DNA of 59,063 nt, counting the filler, from Callorhinchus milii (lineage: Eukaryota): NCBI RefSeq assembly GCF_018977255.1. It is 2 parts of 2 records of this genome, joined end to end, with 100 filler letters (N's around TTAATTAATTAA, not from the genome) between each part and the next. Parts side by side here need not be neighbours in the genome. Positions count along the whole stretch, not along the records: positions 29,586 to 59,063 come from NW_024705648.1; 1 more part is not named here. One strand, 5' to 3'. A program made the position numbers and the translations under genes. Shown here one piece after another: positions 38,969 through 50,116 of the stretch (the first letter of the stretch is position 1; every line of letters begins with the position of its first letter). A model generated the notes under the pieces. That model was not told where the DNA came from, made no database searches, and saw only the letters and a list, made by a program, of their open reading frames with translations.

Positions 38969-39715
38969 TTTTTTTAACGGTGATCACAGGATTCTTCCCT
39001 GTTCTTGTTCTCTAACCTTTTTTTTAAAGCAGAATTCATAGGTTTCTTCCATGTTCTCCTTCTCCATTTTTTTAGCAGAACTCACAGGACGTTTACCTGT
39101 TTTTGTTCTCTAAACATCAGTTTTCCCTCTATTGGCAACTTCAGGAGTTAGGAATATGGGTAAGAATTTATATATATGTTTTGTAGACCTTTTGAGAAAA
39201 ACCTATCCTATGTAAATATTCAACCTTTTAGACTTTTCCCAACATATCAGAGTGGCTTCAGGTATTTAATACCCTTGCAAACTGTATATCTTTTTTTCCA
39301 GATTGTTTCTAAGCTCATACATGTAACACATTCCTGCTTTGCTTATTATTTTATTAAAACTCCACCACTCAGATCCTGCTGACAACGCAAATGTGTTCCT
39401 GTCCGACCTTTTTCTCGGATGAGAGCCAAAGGATTGAATAGTGCTCAATATTTTCATAAGCTCGCCCCAGTAGTGCCAAACCATACATGTTGTTGGACTT
39501 TGATTTATGGGCAAGTCTCCTCAAACTCATCAAATACTGAATAAGAGGGAAGAACTTGCAGCAGCTTTTCAATCAGGAATAAAAATCAAATCTTTACCAT
39601 CAAATAAAAAAGGACTCGACAAAACATCTTTGAATGCTTTATTTCAATACTCAACAGGTAATATCAATCATACAATCCAGAGAAAGGTATATGATCCAGC
39701 AAATAATACTGTGGC

Positions 39716-39847
39716 AACAACAACAACAACTCCTCTCCCCTACCCCATATCTCCCTCATGCTCGGGCCCCGACCCCTGACTGTCCAGCGTCTTGGGACGC
39801 CCCACCGTCGTGAAAGGCGCTATATGTAAACGTTCTGTAGTTGTTGC
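39716..39847 (+). mobile_element. L2 3' tail fragment
   Basis: GCGTCTTGGGACGCCCACCGTCGTGAAAGGCGCTATATG followed by (GTT)n. Confidence 0.7.
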
Positions 39848-41249
39848 AGTTAAGATTCTTTGACTGTGTTGTTCCCCATGTTTCAGAGCCAGTGTCTCGG
39901 GTACAAACCCGGTGTGGCCTCGGGCACCCGCTGCTGTTCGGGGATCGGTTGGATTCCGATGGTTTGGCCGCTCGACAGGAACCGACGCGGGGTTTATACG
40001 GTTCCGAGAGCAGTGTGGAGGCAGACTGGCTTGGCCTGGCTCTCTCACCTGATCTGGTTCAGGGGTCAATCCCCTTCTATTCTGGTTTAATTTAGGGCCC
40101 GGTTTGACTTGCGGGTCCTGCTGCACAGCCAAACATCCGCCCGGCAATATAGTGTCGGACTCCGGGAAGGAGCAAAGCCCTCCACACAGGAGCCCCAGCA
40201 AACGGAGCCATTCAACCTCTCACTGCCCTGTCCAACGCCCTTACCCTCGCTCTCTTCTCCCTCTCCCTACCACCTCTCCATCCTTCCTCTGACACACTCT
40301 CTCCCTTTTTCTTCCCTCTCTCCAACTATCTGTTCGACCACCTTCCCCTCTCTCTCTCTCTCTGTCTCTCACGCTCTTTCTCTCTCTCTTCCCTCTCTGC
40401 AACTCTGTTTGGCCACCTCCCCACCCCCCCGCTCTCTCTCTCTCTCTCACTCTCAAGCTCTTTCTCTCTCTCCTACCTCTCTCCCAATCTCTGTTTGACC
40501 ACCTTCTCTTTCTCTCTCAAGTCTTTCTTCATCTCTTCCCTCTCTCCCACTCTCTATTTGAATAATTTCACTCTGGGTACTCCTGATCATAGCCAGTGAG
40601 CGCCGGGATCAAACGTGTGTGGAATGAGACGGGAAGATTCACGCAAATCTGAAATAACCCTTTACATTGCGCCACGTGAATCGCGCGTGACACGGGGGCC
40701 AATTTATCAAACCAAAGTCACTCTGGTTCCTCCCCTGTCCTCCCCGCTGGGAACCCACATCGTTTATGAAACAGTCGTTCAATTAAATAACCGGGAGATA
40801 AGCTTTGTCCCTAATAACACGGCTTATCACGGTATCACCGTGACTCCCTGCGGTGCCCGATGGCGTCTTGCTCTGGAATCTCTAACACCCAGTGAATTAA
40901 GTCACGATCGAGGCATCAGGAGTTTTCATTCCCGCCCTGGACTCCGAGCCCTGAACACACGTGTGGCTCCTGATCCCCTATCAACTGCCCCAGCCCCTCC
41001 TAACCCCATACAACCCCGCCTACCCCCTCCTAAAACCCTACCAAACCTCCCGCCCACTCCTAATACTCTACCAATCCCACCAGCACCATCCTGACCCGGG
41101 ACCCATCTCCCGTCCCTTCCTAACCCCGTACCAACGCCCCTGCGACCTTCTACATTCACACCAACACAACGCGCTCCCTCCTAAACCTCTACCAAACCCC
41201 CACCCCTCCTAAACACTCACCAACCCGCCCGCCCCTCCTAATACCCTAC

Positions 41250-41610
41250 CAACACGCCCGCTGCCTCCTAATCACGTACCAACCCATCCGCACCCTCAGT
41301 TCAGTCTTCTCCGTCTTGCTCCACGTGCCCCGTATCCACCGCCCCATCATTGGAGGGAGATCCTTCAGCCACTGTGCCCCCAACCTCTGGAATTTCATTC
41401 CCCAGTCACTCCGCCTCGCCGCCTCCTTCATGTCCCACCTCAATCCCTCCGCTTCGACCATAGAAACGGACAACCACCTTCCCTCACTTCTCCGCCCCCA
41501 CCCACCCGCCGACCCCAGCTCGGGTCTCAAATGTTGTAAAACCGCCCAACGCCGAGGACATCCTCCCGACGTGAAAGCCGCTGCACACTTGTCATCTTGT
41601 TTTGTTGTTG
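41250..41610 (+). mobile_element. older L2 3' fragment, preceded by a degenerate C-rich minisatellite (40975-41270)
   Basis: LHVPRIHRPIIGGRSFSHCAPNLWNFIPQSLR, with tail GGACATCCTCCCGACGTGAAAG. Confidence 0.75.
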
Positions 41611-41742
41611 TGGCTCCGTGCCGCACGATGGACACTAAAACCAGACGTGATAACACTATCACTGCCCCCGATTCCCGGTACGTCTAATAAGCCGTTAGGT
41701 TACCCATCAATTAGCCGCAGTGCAGCGCCCACGGGAACATGC

Positions 41743-42050
41743 GGATTCCTGTAGCTCAGTGGTTAGAGAACTCGCTTTCCACGCGAGAGACCTGAGTTCA
41801 ATTCCAGGCAGGTCAGGGCGAAACCTTGGGCAAGTTTCCTTACTCCACATCCTAATAATAATCCCTCCAAAACCCCAACACAATGATAAAATTGGTCATT
41901 TTCATTTTGTGGTACATTGCTGTGCGCAATTGGCTGCCGCGTTCGCCCACACATATACAGTCAATTCACTTTACAGTGTATTGTGTGAAGCGCTTTAGGA
42001 CGTCCTCCCAACGTGAAAAGCACTATATCAAATTCAAGGATTATTATTAT
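41743..42050 (+). mobile_element. tRNA-derived Deu-type SINE
   Basis: Same family as 34240-34563. Confidence 0.92.
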
Positions 42051-42453
42051 CAGTCTCACGGCCTCCGAACAGTGACCGCGTTGTTCAGAGTGAACGGTGT
42101 TTCTGCAATATGCTGCACAGCGAGAGGTCACTCTGAGACCAGAGCAGAGAAACTGTCCTGGTTTCCCCCGGAACAGGGGTTGAGGGTCAGACGTCAAGAG
42201 GAGGAACAGATTATCAAGCGGCATTGGATGGGGTGGCGTGTGATGGTGGTGGGGAGGGAGCGGGAACTAAAGCTCAGGCTCGATGGTTCGAATGGCCTCC
42301 TTCCGTGCTGAACGCATATGATTCTCCACTTCACGCGCAAATCACTTTCCAATTTTTTTTGGTGTAAAATAGACAATTTTTGCCCCATTTAAACCCACTT
42401 CCACCTGTGACTATTGTGACCTGACCTGTTTTCCTTCTCCCTCTCTCTCTCTC

Positions 42454-42581
42454 GCTTTCGTTTCGTTCCCCCCGGTTTGCAGCGAGAGCGGAACAAACCA
42501 GATTAGCCTGAGCTTACTCCGGCTCAGGCAACCAGTGCAATGGCAGATCGCGTGGCTTCTGGATTGAAGGAGAAGGTGAGT
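42454..42581 (+). promoter_or_regulatory. ISRE-like element followed by a candidate first exon (MADRVASGLKEK, 42540-42575)
   Basis: GCTTTCGTTTCG at 42454-42465, gcaATGG start context, AAG|GTGAGT consensus donor, local CpGs. Confidence 0.4.
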
Positions 42582-43099
42582 CGCGGCGGTTAAACAGTGA
42601 ATAAGATGATGTGGACGGATTAACTTTGTATACAAGAAAACCCAAGATCAATTTTGGGCCCAATTTCATCTGAGCCTGAATTCGGCTATTATGGAGGCAG
42701 TCGGGATGTTGGGACCCCTATTATGGAGGGAGTCGGGATGTTGGGAACCCCTATTATGGGGCGAGTCGGGCAAAGTCATCCTTCAAACAGGGAGTTAGAC
42801 CTTCGAGAACCCTATTTATTTTGTGGGAGACAAATCATTTGGATCCATTGTATAGTTCCTATACCCCGTTTAATAAAAAATCCCTCTTTTCAGAATAAGT
42901 CTCCTCCGTTGCCTATCGACGGGGCATTTTATGGCTTAAAATAACAACCCAAAGGCCTGAATGGACGGATGATCCCGTGTGAGCTGCAATGTTTCACAGA
43001 CGTCCCCCGTGGGGCTCGGAATAAGACTGGAACTCAACTCTGCGTAACCAGTTAAGCGCTCTCCCCCTCGAATGTCATATCAGAGAGAGATTTAACGCT

Positions 43100-45135
43100 G
43101 ATTCTCTATTAATGAAGGAGCCGCACAAGACGGGTGTTTCATGTATTTTTCACGGGTTTGGAGATAAAATCAAAATACAAAGCTAAGCCAAAAATCTATT
43201 GGTATATTTGATGCTAATGCAGAAAATGGAATTTAATAAACTATGGCAGTTGAAGCCCCGGGAATGTGGAGACTTATAAAACCCCGGTTCCCCGTACTTC
43301 CTGCCATATATAGCGGGTTATTATATAAACGCAAATCAATGCAAAACCACACAGATAATGATTGGGATTAACGCAGATTTTGGAATGTTTTGCACCGTGT
43401 AGTAAACTTCAGGCTGGAGGTAAGCTACTGACTGAGCTGAGCGGCACTTGACATATTAAACCCCAATTTCTAAAGGCATGAAGCGGGTTATAAACGCCCC
43501 GGATTCCCGGGATTTTAAGTGCATCAGTGCAAAACATTCCTAATTCTGCATTAATATCAAATATATAGACAAATTTTGTATCAACTTTCTCGATTGATTT
43601 TAACCCCAAATCCGGGAAAAAACACATGCAGCGGGTTGTAGAATCCCCGGGTCCCCGGGGTTTCAAAGTGCATCAATTGAAAACAAAGCGAAAGCAAAAA
43701 GCGGTCTATTTGTTTAATATTCATGCAGAATTGGGGATATTTGGCACTGATGCACTTTGAACTCTGAGGATGTGGGGAATTCGAGAGACAGACAGACAGA
43801 GAGACGCAGACAGACAGATATTTGCTTTGTATTTTAATTTTATCCGCAAACTCAGGAAAAGCACACGCAGAGGGTTATAGAATCCCACGATCCCCTGCTT
43901 CAAAGTGCATCAGTGCAAAATATTCCTAATTCTGCATTAATATCAAATAAATCAATAGGTTCTTGCATTGCAATAGTATTGTCAATAATCACCTCTTTGA
44001 GTAACAAATGGGAAACGGGTTTGCAAAGGTCTCACATTCCCGCGTTTTTAAGTGCAGCAGTTTATTAAACTCAGATTTTTGTATTAATATCAATACTTTC
44101 AATTAGTTTTTTCAATAACTTTCTATTTTGATTTTAACCCAGAACTTGGGAAAATGTTTAAAGGTCCCCGGATCTTCAGGGTTCAAAGAGCAATAGCTTA
44201 TTAACCCCCAAAGTCTGCAATAAATTCACAGACACACTGAACAAATGTCTGTCTGTCTATGTCTCTCTGTCTGTCTCTAAGTCCCCACATCCTCAGGGTT
44301 CAAACTGCATCAGTGCAAAATATCGCATTAATATTAACCAAAAAAAACGCTTTTTTGCATTAAAGCTTTGCATTAAATTGATGAACTTTGAACCGTGAGG
44401 ATCTATGGATTCCATAACTGCTGCAAGTGTTTTTTTCCCGGGTTTGGGGTTAAAAGCAAAATAAAAAAATGATGCAAAGACCTATCGAAATATTTGACAT
44501 AAATGCAGAATTAGGAAAGTTTTGCAATGATTCACTTAAAATCCCGGGGATCCGGGAGTTTATAATCCACTTCATGGCGTTATATCAAATGCAAGGATTA
44601 TTATACATTGGGGTTTAATCCACCGGTTTCTCTGGAAGTCTCGCGCGGTCGCTGCCCCTCCCGCCCGGGCTCCCTGGTGACGTCATCGACAGCCACGCGC
44701 GCGTGCGCAGACGCTGCCCTTTCCCACCCGGACTCGTGGCCGCGAGTTCGAGCCCGCACCTTCTCTCCTGGTGACGGTTCATAATCCCGGGGGGAAAAAT
44801 ATCTTCATTTTAATTATTTTTCCGCGCTTAAAGAAAACAAAACACTCGCGCAAAGTCTGGGTCTGATTAATATCAAATATATCAACAGGTTTTTGCATCA
44901 ACTTTGTGTTCTGATTTTAACCCCAAACCCGGGAAAAACACATGCAGCGGGATATAGAATCTCCAGATCTCCGGGGTTCAAAGTGCATCAATCTAATACC
45001 AAGCTCATGCGAAAAGCAGTTTGTATGGTTAATATTAATGCAAAATTGGGGATATTTTGCACTGATGCACTTTGAACCCTGAGGATGTGCGGAATTAGAG
45101 ACACAGACAGACAGGGAGACACAGACAGACATTTG
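43100..45135. repeat. AT-rich block of degenerate ~130-270 bp modules in both orientations (foldback/MITE-like)
   Basis: AAGTGCATCAGTGCAAAA...TAATTCTGCATTAATATCAAAT on + near 43517, 43902 and (variant) 44302. Reverse complements near 43715-43760, 44490-44540 and 45030-45075. 44865-45135 repeats 43550-43820. Confidence 0.7.
44620..44780. promoter_or_regulatory. small CpG island with CRE (TGACGTCA), NRF1-like GCGCGTGCGCA and a GC box
   Basis: TGACGTCA at 44678, GCGCGTGCGCA near 44699, CCCGCCC near 44660, B-box-like GTTCGAGCC near 44746. Confidence 0.5.
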
Positions 45136-45195
45136 CTCAGTGTCTCTGTGCGTGTCTTTGTGTGTGTCTGTCTGGGTGTACCTGTATGTATAGTT

Positions 45196-46745
45196 GGGGT
45201 AACTTCTTCCAGGGGCGGTAGAAGATGGTGATGGGTCTGGTGGAGGTGGGGAGGGGGGTGGAGGTGGTGAAGGTGATGAAGTGGTGTTCGGAGACGGCCT
45301 TGTCAGTAATAGTGACATCCGAGACACTGAGGCCCCGGATGATCACCAAGTCGAGTGGGTGACCGTGACTGTGAGTGGGGGAGTTGATGTGGAGGGAGAG
45401 GTTGAGTGAGGAGAGCAGGGAAGAGAAGTCTGAGGAGATGGAGCAGGAGGGGGTGAAGTGCAGGTTAAAGTCACCCAGGATGATGAGGCGATCAGAGCAG
45501 AGGCAGAGATATGTAAGGAGTGTCGAAATATTGGAGATGAAGGTGGGAGAGGTTTTAGGGGGCCGGTAGAGGAGGAGGATTTTGAGCGAGACGAAGGAGG
45601 TATGGGAGAGGGTGAGGTGCTCAAAAGAGGATAAAGAGCCAGAGGAGTAGGGGGATAGGGCAAGTGGTGTCCTTGAGATAAGGGCAACACCACCGCCACG
45701 GCGGTTGGGGCGAGGGATGTGGTGGGAAGTGTAGTCGGGTGGTGTGGCGTCCGTGTCGCCTGGGGTGAGCCAGGTTTCCGTTAAGGCCATGATGTCAACG
45801 CTCTCATCAAGGATGAGATTGTTGATGACCAGGGCCTTGTTACAGAGGGAGCGGACGTTTTGTAGTCCGATGTGGAGGGAACGGTTGACAGCAGGGTGTG
45901 TGGGGAGGGAGGGGGGTCCAGGTTGTGAAGCAGGGTTGGGGGAAACTGGGTAAGGGAGGAGAGGTTGGCTCCCCGGGTCCGGGATGGCTGGCGAGTGTGG
46001 TGGGGAATGGGGCAGTCGGTGTGGCTGCTGCTGGACAGCCAACGCCGAGTGCCGCGGTGAGCCCGGCGGAGGATTCCCAGACTGAAGCAGAGGAAGGTTG
46101 CAGGAGGGTCAAGTGGGGATAGAAGGCGAGAGGGACGGAGAGAGAGGAGGACAGAGCGGGAGAGATGCAAAGGGGGGAGGGTTTGGGGGTAGAGAGGAGG
46201 GAGGGAGGGTGTTCGGGTGCTCGGGTCAAAGCGGCAGCCGTAGTGCGCACGTGGGGACCAGGAGCGAGCGGTCAGGTGGATGGCATTATCCCATAGGCTG
46301 GGGCTGGGACAGCCAACCCAACAGGTCCATGGGGGGCACTGATGTGAGCCCTGGAGGGTGGGGGGGTGGGGGGGCGCAGAGGGTTTTTTTTTTTGCGCGC
46401 ACACTCCTGAAAACTAAACTGCGACGTCAGCGGTTCCCTCCTCAGATCCCCCACACCGGCCGCTCCCCGTGTGGCTGCACTCCCTCCCGCCGCTCCCCGT
46501 CGTGGCTGCACTCCCGTCCCGCCGCTCCCCGTGTGGCTGCACTCCCCTCCCGCCGCTCCCCGTGTGGCTGCACTCCCCCCCGCCGCTCCCCGTGCGGCTG
46601 CACTCCCTCCCGCCGCTCCCCGTGCGGCTGTACTCCCTCCCGCCGCTCCCCGTGTGGCTGCACTCCCTCCCGCCGCGACCTTATATACCTGTGTAGGTTG
46701 GCCCAGGTTCCTCCCCGCGCTGTCCTCCCGCCGCTCCCCGTGTGA
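45196..46745 (-). mobile_element. 5' portion of an L2 LINE: 30-bp tandem leader, 5' region and APE endonuclease domain; 3'-truncated
   Basis: LQNVRSLCNK, ALTETWL, GGGVAL, LYRPP, LGDFNLH, PTHSHGHPLDLV and SEHHFITF are APE motifs. CGCCGCTCCCCGTGTGGCTGCACTCCCTCC occurs about 7 times at 46458-46676. Confidence 0.88.
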
Positions 46746-46817
46746 TACCGTCTGAGTGAGGGAGACGGTGGCGCCCATGTTAGTAAAGGAAGGCAGTGTG
46801 GCTGTAAGTGTGTGTAA

Positions 46818-47117
46818 AGCACTTGCGTTGCAAGCGATAGACCTGAGTTCAATTCCAGGCAGAGGGCGAAACCTTGGGCAAGTTTCCTTAATCCACACAG
46901 AACCTCATAATAATCCCTCCAAAGAAACAAAAAACAATAATAAATCGGTCATTTTCAGTCCACGACTGTTTGTGGGACATTGTTGTGCGCAATTGGATGC
47001 CACGTTCGCCCACAAATATGCAGTCACTTCACTGTCCATTGTGTTCTGTGAAGCGATTTGGGACGTCCTCACGAGGTGAAAAACGCAATATCAAATGCAA
47101 GGTTTATTATTATCATT
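46818..47117 (+). mobile_element. Deu-type SINE with a degenerate A-box
   Basis: B-box, body and tail match the other SINE copies. Confidence 0.88.
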
Positions 47118-47685
47118 ATAAAGGTGTGTTTAACCTGCTGAGCCCTCGGAGGTGCGGGGATGGAGGGGGAGGAGCTCACGTCAACATCACCCGGATCTTC
47201 GCATCTTTCTCCATCTTCAAAATGGAATCATCAGATCACTTTCTGGGGGTAATAATCCCTTCGGACTAATAATAATAATTTGGTCACTTCAACCCCCGGC
47301 TGTTTGTGGGGGCGTCGCTGGGCGCCATCGGCTGCCGCGTTTCATTGATGGGGCGGGGTACGTTAAGCAGGCTGGAGGCTGCTGGAGCGGAGTGAGCGTA
47401 CAGGTTGGTAGGAGGTCACAGAGGTGGGGGTGGGGAGCAAGCCATGGAGGGCTTTGAAGGTGAGACCAGGATATTGAACTGTTTCCTCTATGTAATGGAA
47501 AGCGGGTGGAGTTGGGCGAGGATGGTGGTGATGGGGCAAGTTGGGGTGAGTGTGCGCGAGGGGGAAACATCGGTAGGTAAGAGCTGTGTGAGTGGAACTG
47601 GTTGGGGTGAGAGCAGAGGAGTGGAAATATTTGGGGTAACAGCAGGGGGACTATTTGGGGTAAGAAGGGGAAAGTGGGATGAGTT

Positions 47686-48449
47686 GGGTACTGTCCCGCA
47701 CTAGGCTTCGTGACCACACCATTCCCACCCTCACCCTCGCTCCCCTCCACTGGCTCCCCATCCCCCAGAGGATGGAATTCAAGACCCTCATCCTCACCTA
47801 CAAGGCCATTCGCGGCCTCGCTCCCTCCTACCTCTCTGACCTACTATCCCCCTACCTACCTGCCCGTACCCTCCGTTCCTCTGGCTCCGGTCTGCTCTAC
47901 ATCCCCCGCCCCAACCGCCCTACCATCGGTGGCCTTCAGCCTCTCAGCCCCGAGGCTCTGGAACTCTATCCGCAGTGCCTTCGCCGCTTCCTCCCTTTCC
48001 TCCTCCAAGGCCGGTCTCAAGACCTTTCTCTTTGACCTTCAGCCTTCACCTCCCATCTGGACTCTCTACCCCCTGCTCGCTCCCTCCCTTCCCTCCCACT
48101 CACCCTGACCATCTCCCCCTTCCTCCCGCCACCCTAATCATTTCCCCCCAATGCTCGGGTCCTGACCCAACTGTACAGCGCCTTGGGACGTCCTCCCGAT
48201 GTGAAAGGCGCTCTATAAATACAACAAGAAGATTCCATTTATTGAGCGCCTTTCTCGTCGGGAGGACGTCTCAAGGCGCTGTACAGTTGGGTCAGGACCC
48301 GAGCATTGGGGGGGGAATGGTCAGGGTAAGGGGAGGGAAGGGAGGGAGCGAGGAGGGGTAGAGAGTCGAGAGGGGAGCTGAAGGCTCGGTCAAAGAGAAA
48401 GGTGAGGATGAGGGTCTTGAATTCGAAAATAGAATCCTGTTGTTGTTGT
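47686..48449 (+). mobile_element. L2 3' fragment with a second L2 3' end inserted antisense in its tail (48222-48426)
   Basis: LHWLPIPQRMEFKTLILTYKAI. The tail is interrupted between TATAAATA and AAATAGAATCCTGTTGTTG. Confidence 0.88.
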
Positions 48450-49695
48450 AGATCTCACACACACGTATACACACACACATGCTGACTGCACTCACACACT
48501 AAATGCGCCCTCACACACACACTGACTGCTCTCTCACAAACACACACAGACTGCTCTCTCACACACACACTGACTTCTCTCTCTCACACACACACACACT
48601 GACTGCTCCCCCACACACACTCACACATACAGACTGACTGCTCTCCCACACACACACACCGACTGCTCTCTCTCTCTCACACACACACACTGCTCTCACA
48701 CACACACACACTGACTGCTCTCACACATACTGACTGCTCTCTCTCTCACACACACATACTGACTGCTCTCTCTCTCTCTCACACACACTGACTTCTCTCA
48801 CACACATTGGCTGCTGTCTCACAAACACCCACTGACAGCTCCCGCGCACGTACACACACACACACACTTACTGACTGCTCTACTACACACACACACACAC
48901 TGACTTCTCTCACACAAACTGACTGCTCTCCCTCACTCAAGCACACACACTGCTTTCCCCCCTCCCCACACTCACACATACTGACTGCACTCCCACACAC
49001 ACACACACACATACTGACGGCTCTCCCCCCCCCCCCCCACACACACACACACATACTGCTCTCACTCTCTCACACACACACACACTGACTGCTCTCACAC
49101 ACACACACACACTGACTGGTCTCTCTCACACACACACACACTGACTGCTCTCATTCTCTCTCACGCACCATAACTGTTTTCTCTGACCCACGCACACATT
49201 TTGACAGCTCACTCCCTCTCCCACAAACCCACTGACTGTTCCCTCTCCTTCTCACTCACACGGTCTGCAAACTCTCTCTCACACACACACACGAACACTC
49301 GGACTGATCTCTCTCTCAGGATCTCACACACAAACACTGACGGCTGAGGCACAGAGAGAGAGACAGAGAGAGAGACGGAGACTAAGAGAGACAACGAAAG
49401 AGAGAGCCTGAAATAGGGAGACGGAAATATATAAACTGAGAGGGACTGACACAGAGAGAGAGAGAGAGAGACTGTGAGAGAAAGTGCATCAGTTGTGGTC
49501 GCTTACAGCAGTTTAGCAGTGACTGAGGGTCGGGGCTCTCCAGCCGCCCGCACGGCGGTGTGTGTACAATAACGGTCCCCAGAGCAGAGATGGGAGAGGA
49601 ATCAGGATCAACATCTTTAATAATCAGTCACTACAGTGTCCAGAATATATTCCATATTACACAGACTGTGTGGACAGTCACTGCCTCATTCAGTG

Positions 49696-49783
49696 TCACA
49701 CATCCACTCTCAGCTCAGCTCTGATTCCCCTCAGTGACTTCAGCTGACTCTTTCCGTCTGAACTGAACTCATTCCCCCACAGC
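49696..49783 (-). CDS. terminal LRR exon of NLR-like gene B (LWGNEFSSDGKSQLKSLRGIRAELRVDV*)
   Basis: Inverted paralogue of 32152-32239. TTTCAG acceptor, TGA stop, ATTAAA near 49616-49621 on the minus strand. Confidence 0.85.
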
Positions 49784-49948
49784 CTGAAACACATTAAACA
49801 GGAAATAAACCCATGGGATAATGGTACAAACTGTAAACTGTTCGTGTCGCAGTTTAATGAATAATAAATCTCCTCAAACTGTTCCCATTCTGATACACAG
49901 CCCTTTCTCTGTGTGTTTATCACATTAAACATTGACACAAACACTCAC

Positions 49949-50116
49949 TTGATCTCCTCCAGACGGGTGCAGGTCTGTATGAGGCGGCGGAGAGCGCGGA
50001 CTGAGCCGTCTGTGAAGGAGTTAAACCTCAGGTCCAGGAACCTCAGTGAGCGCTTTGTACTGAGAGCGGAGACCAGAGCATCAGTGCAGCCATCGGTCAG
50101 ACTGTTCCTGTACAGC
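49949..50116 (-). CDS. 168-nt LRR exon of gene B (LYRNSLTDGCTDALVSALSTKRSLRFLDLRFNSFTDGSVRALRRLIQTCTRLEEI)
   Basis: TCTCAAG acceptor, GTGAGT donor, phase 2-2. Paralogue of 31818-31985. Confidence 0.88.
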
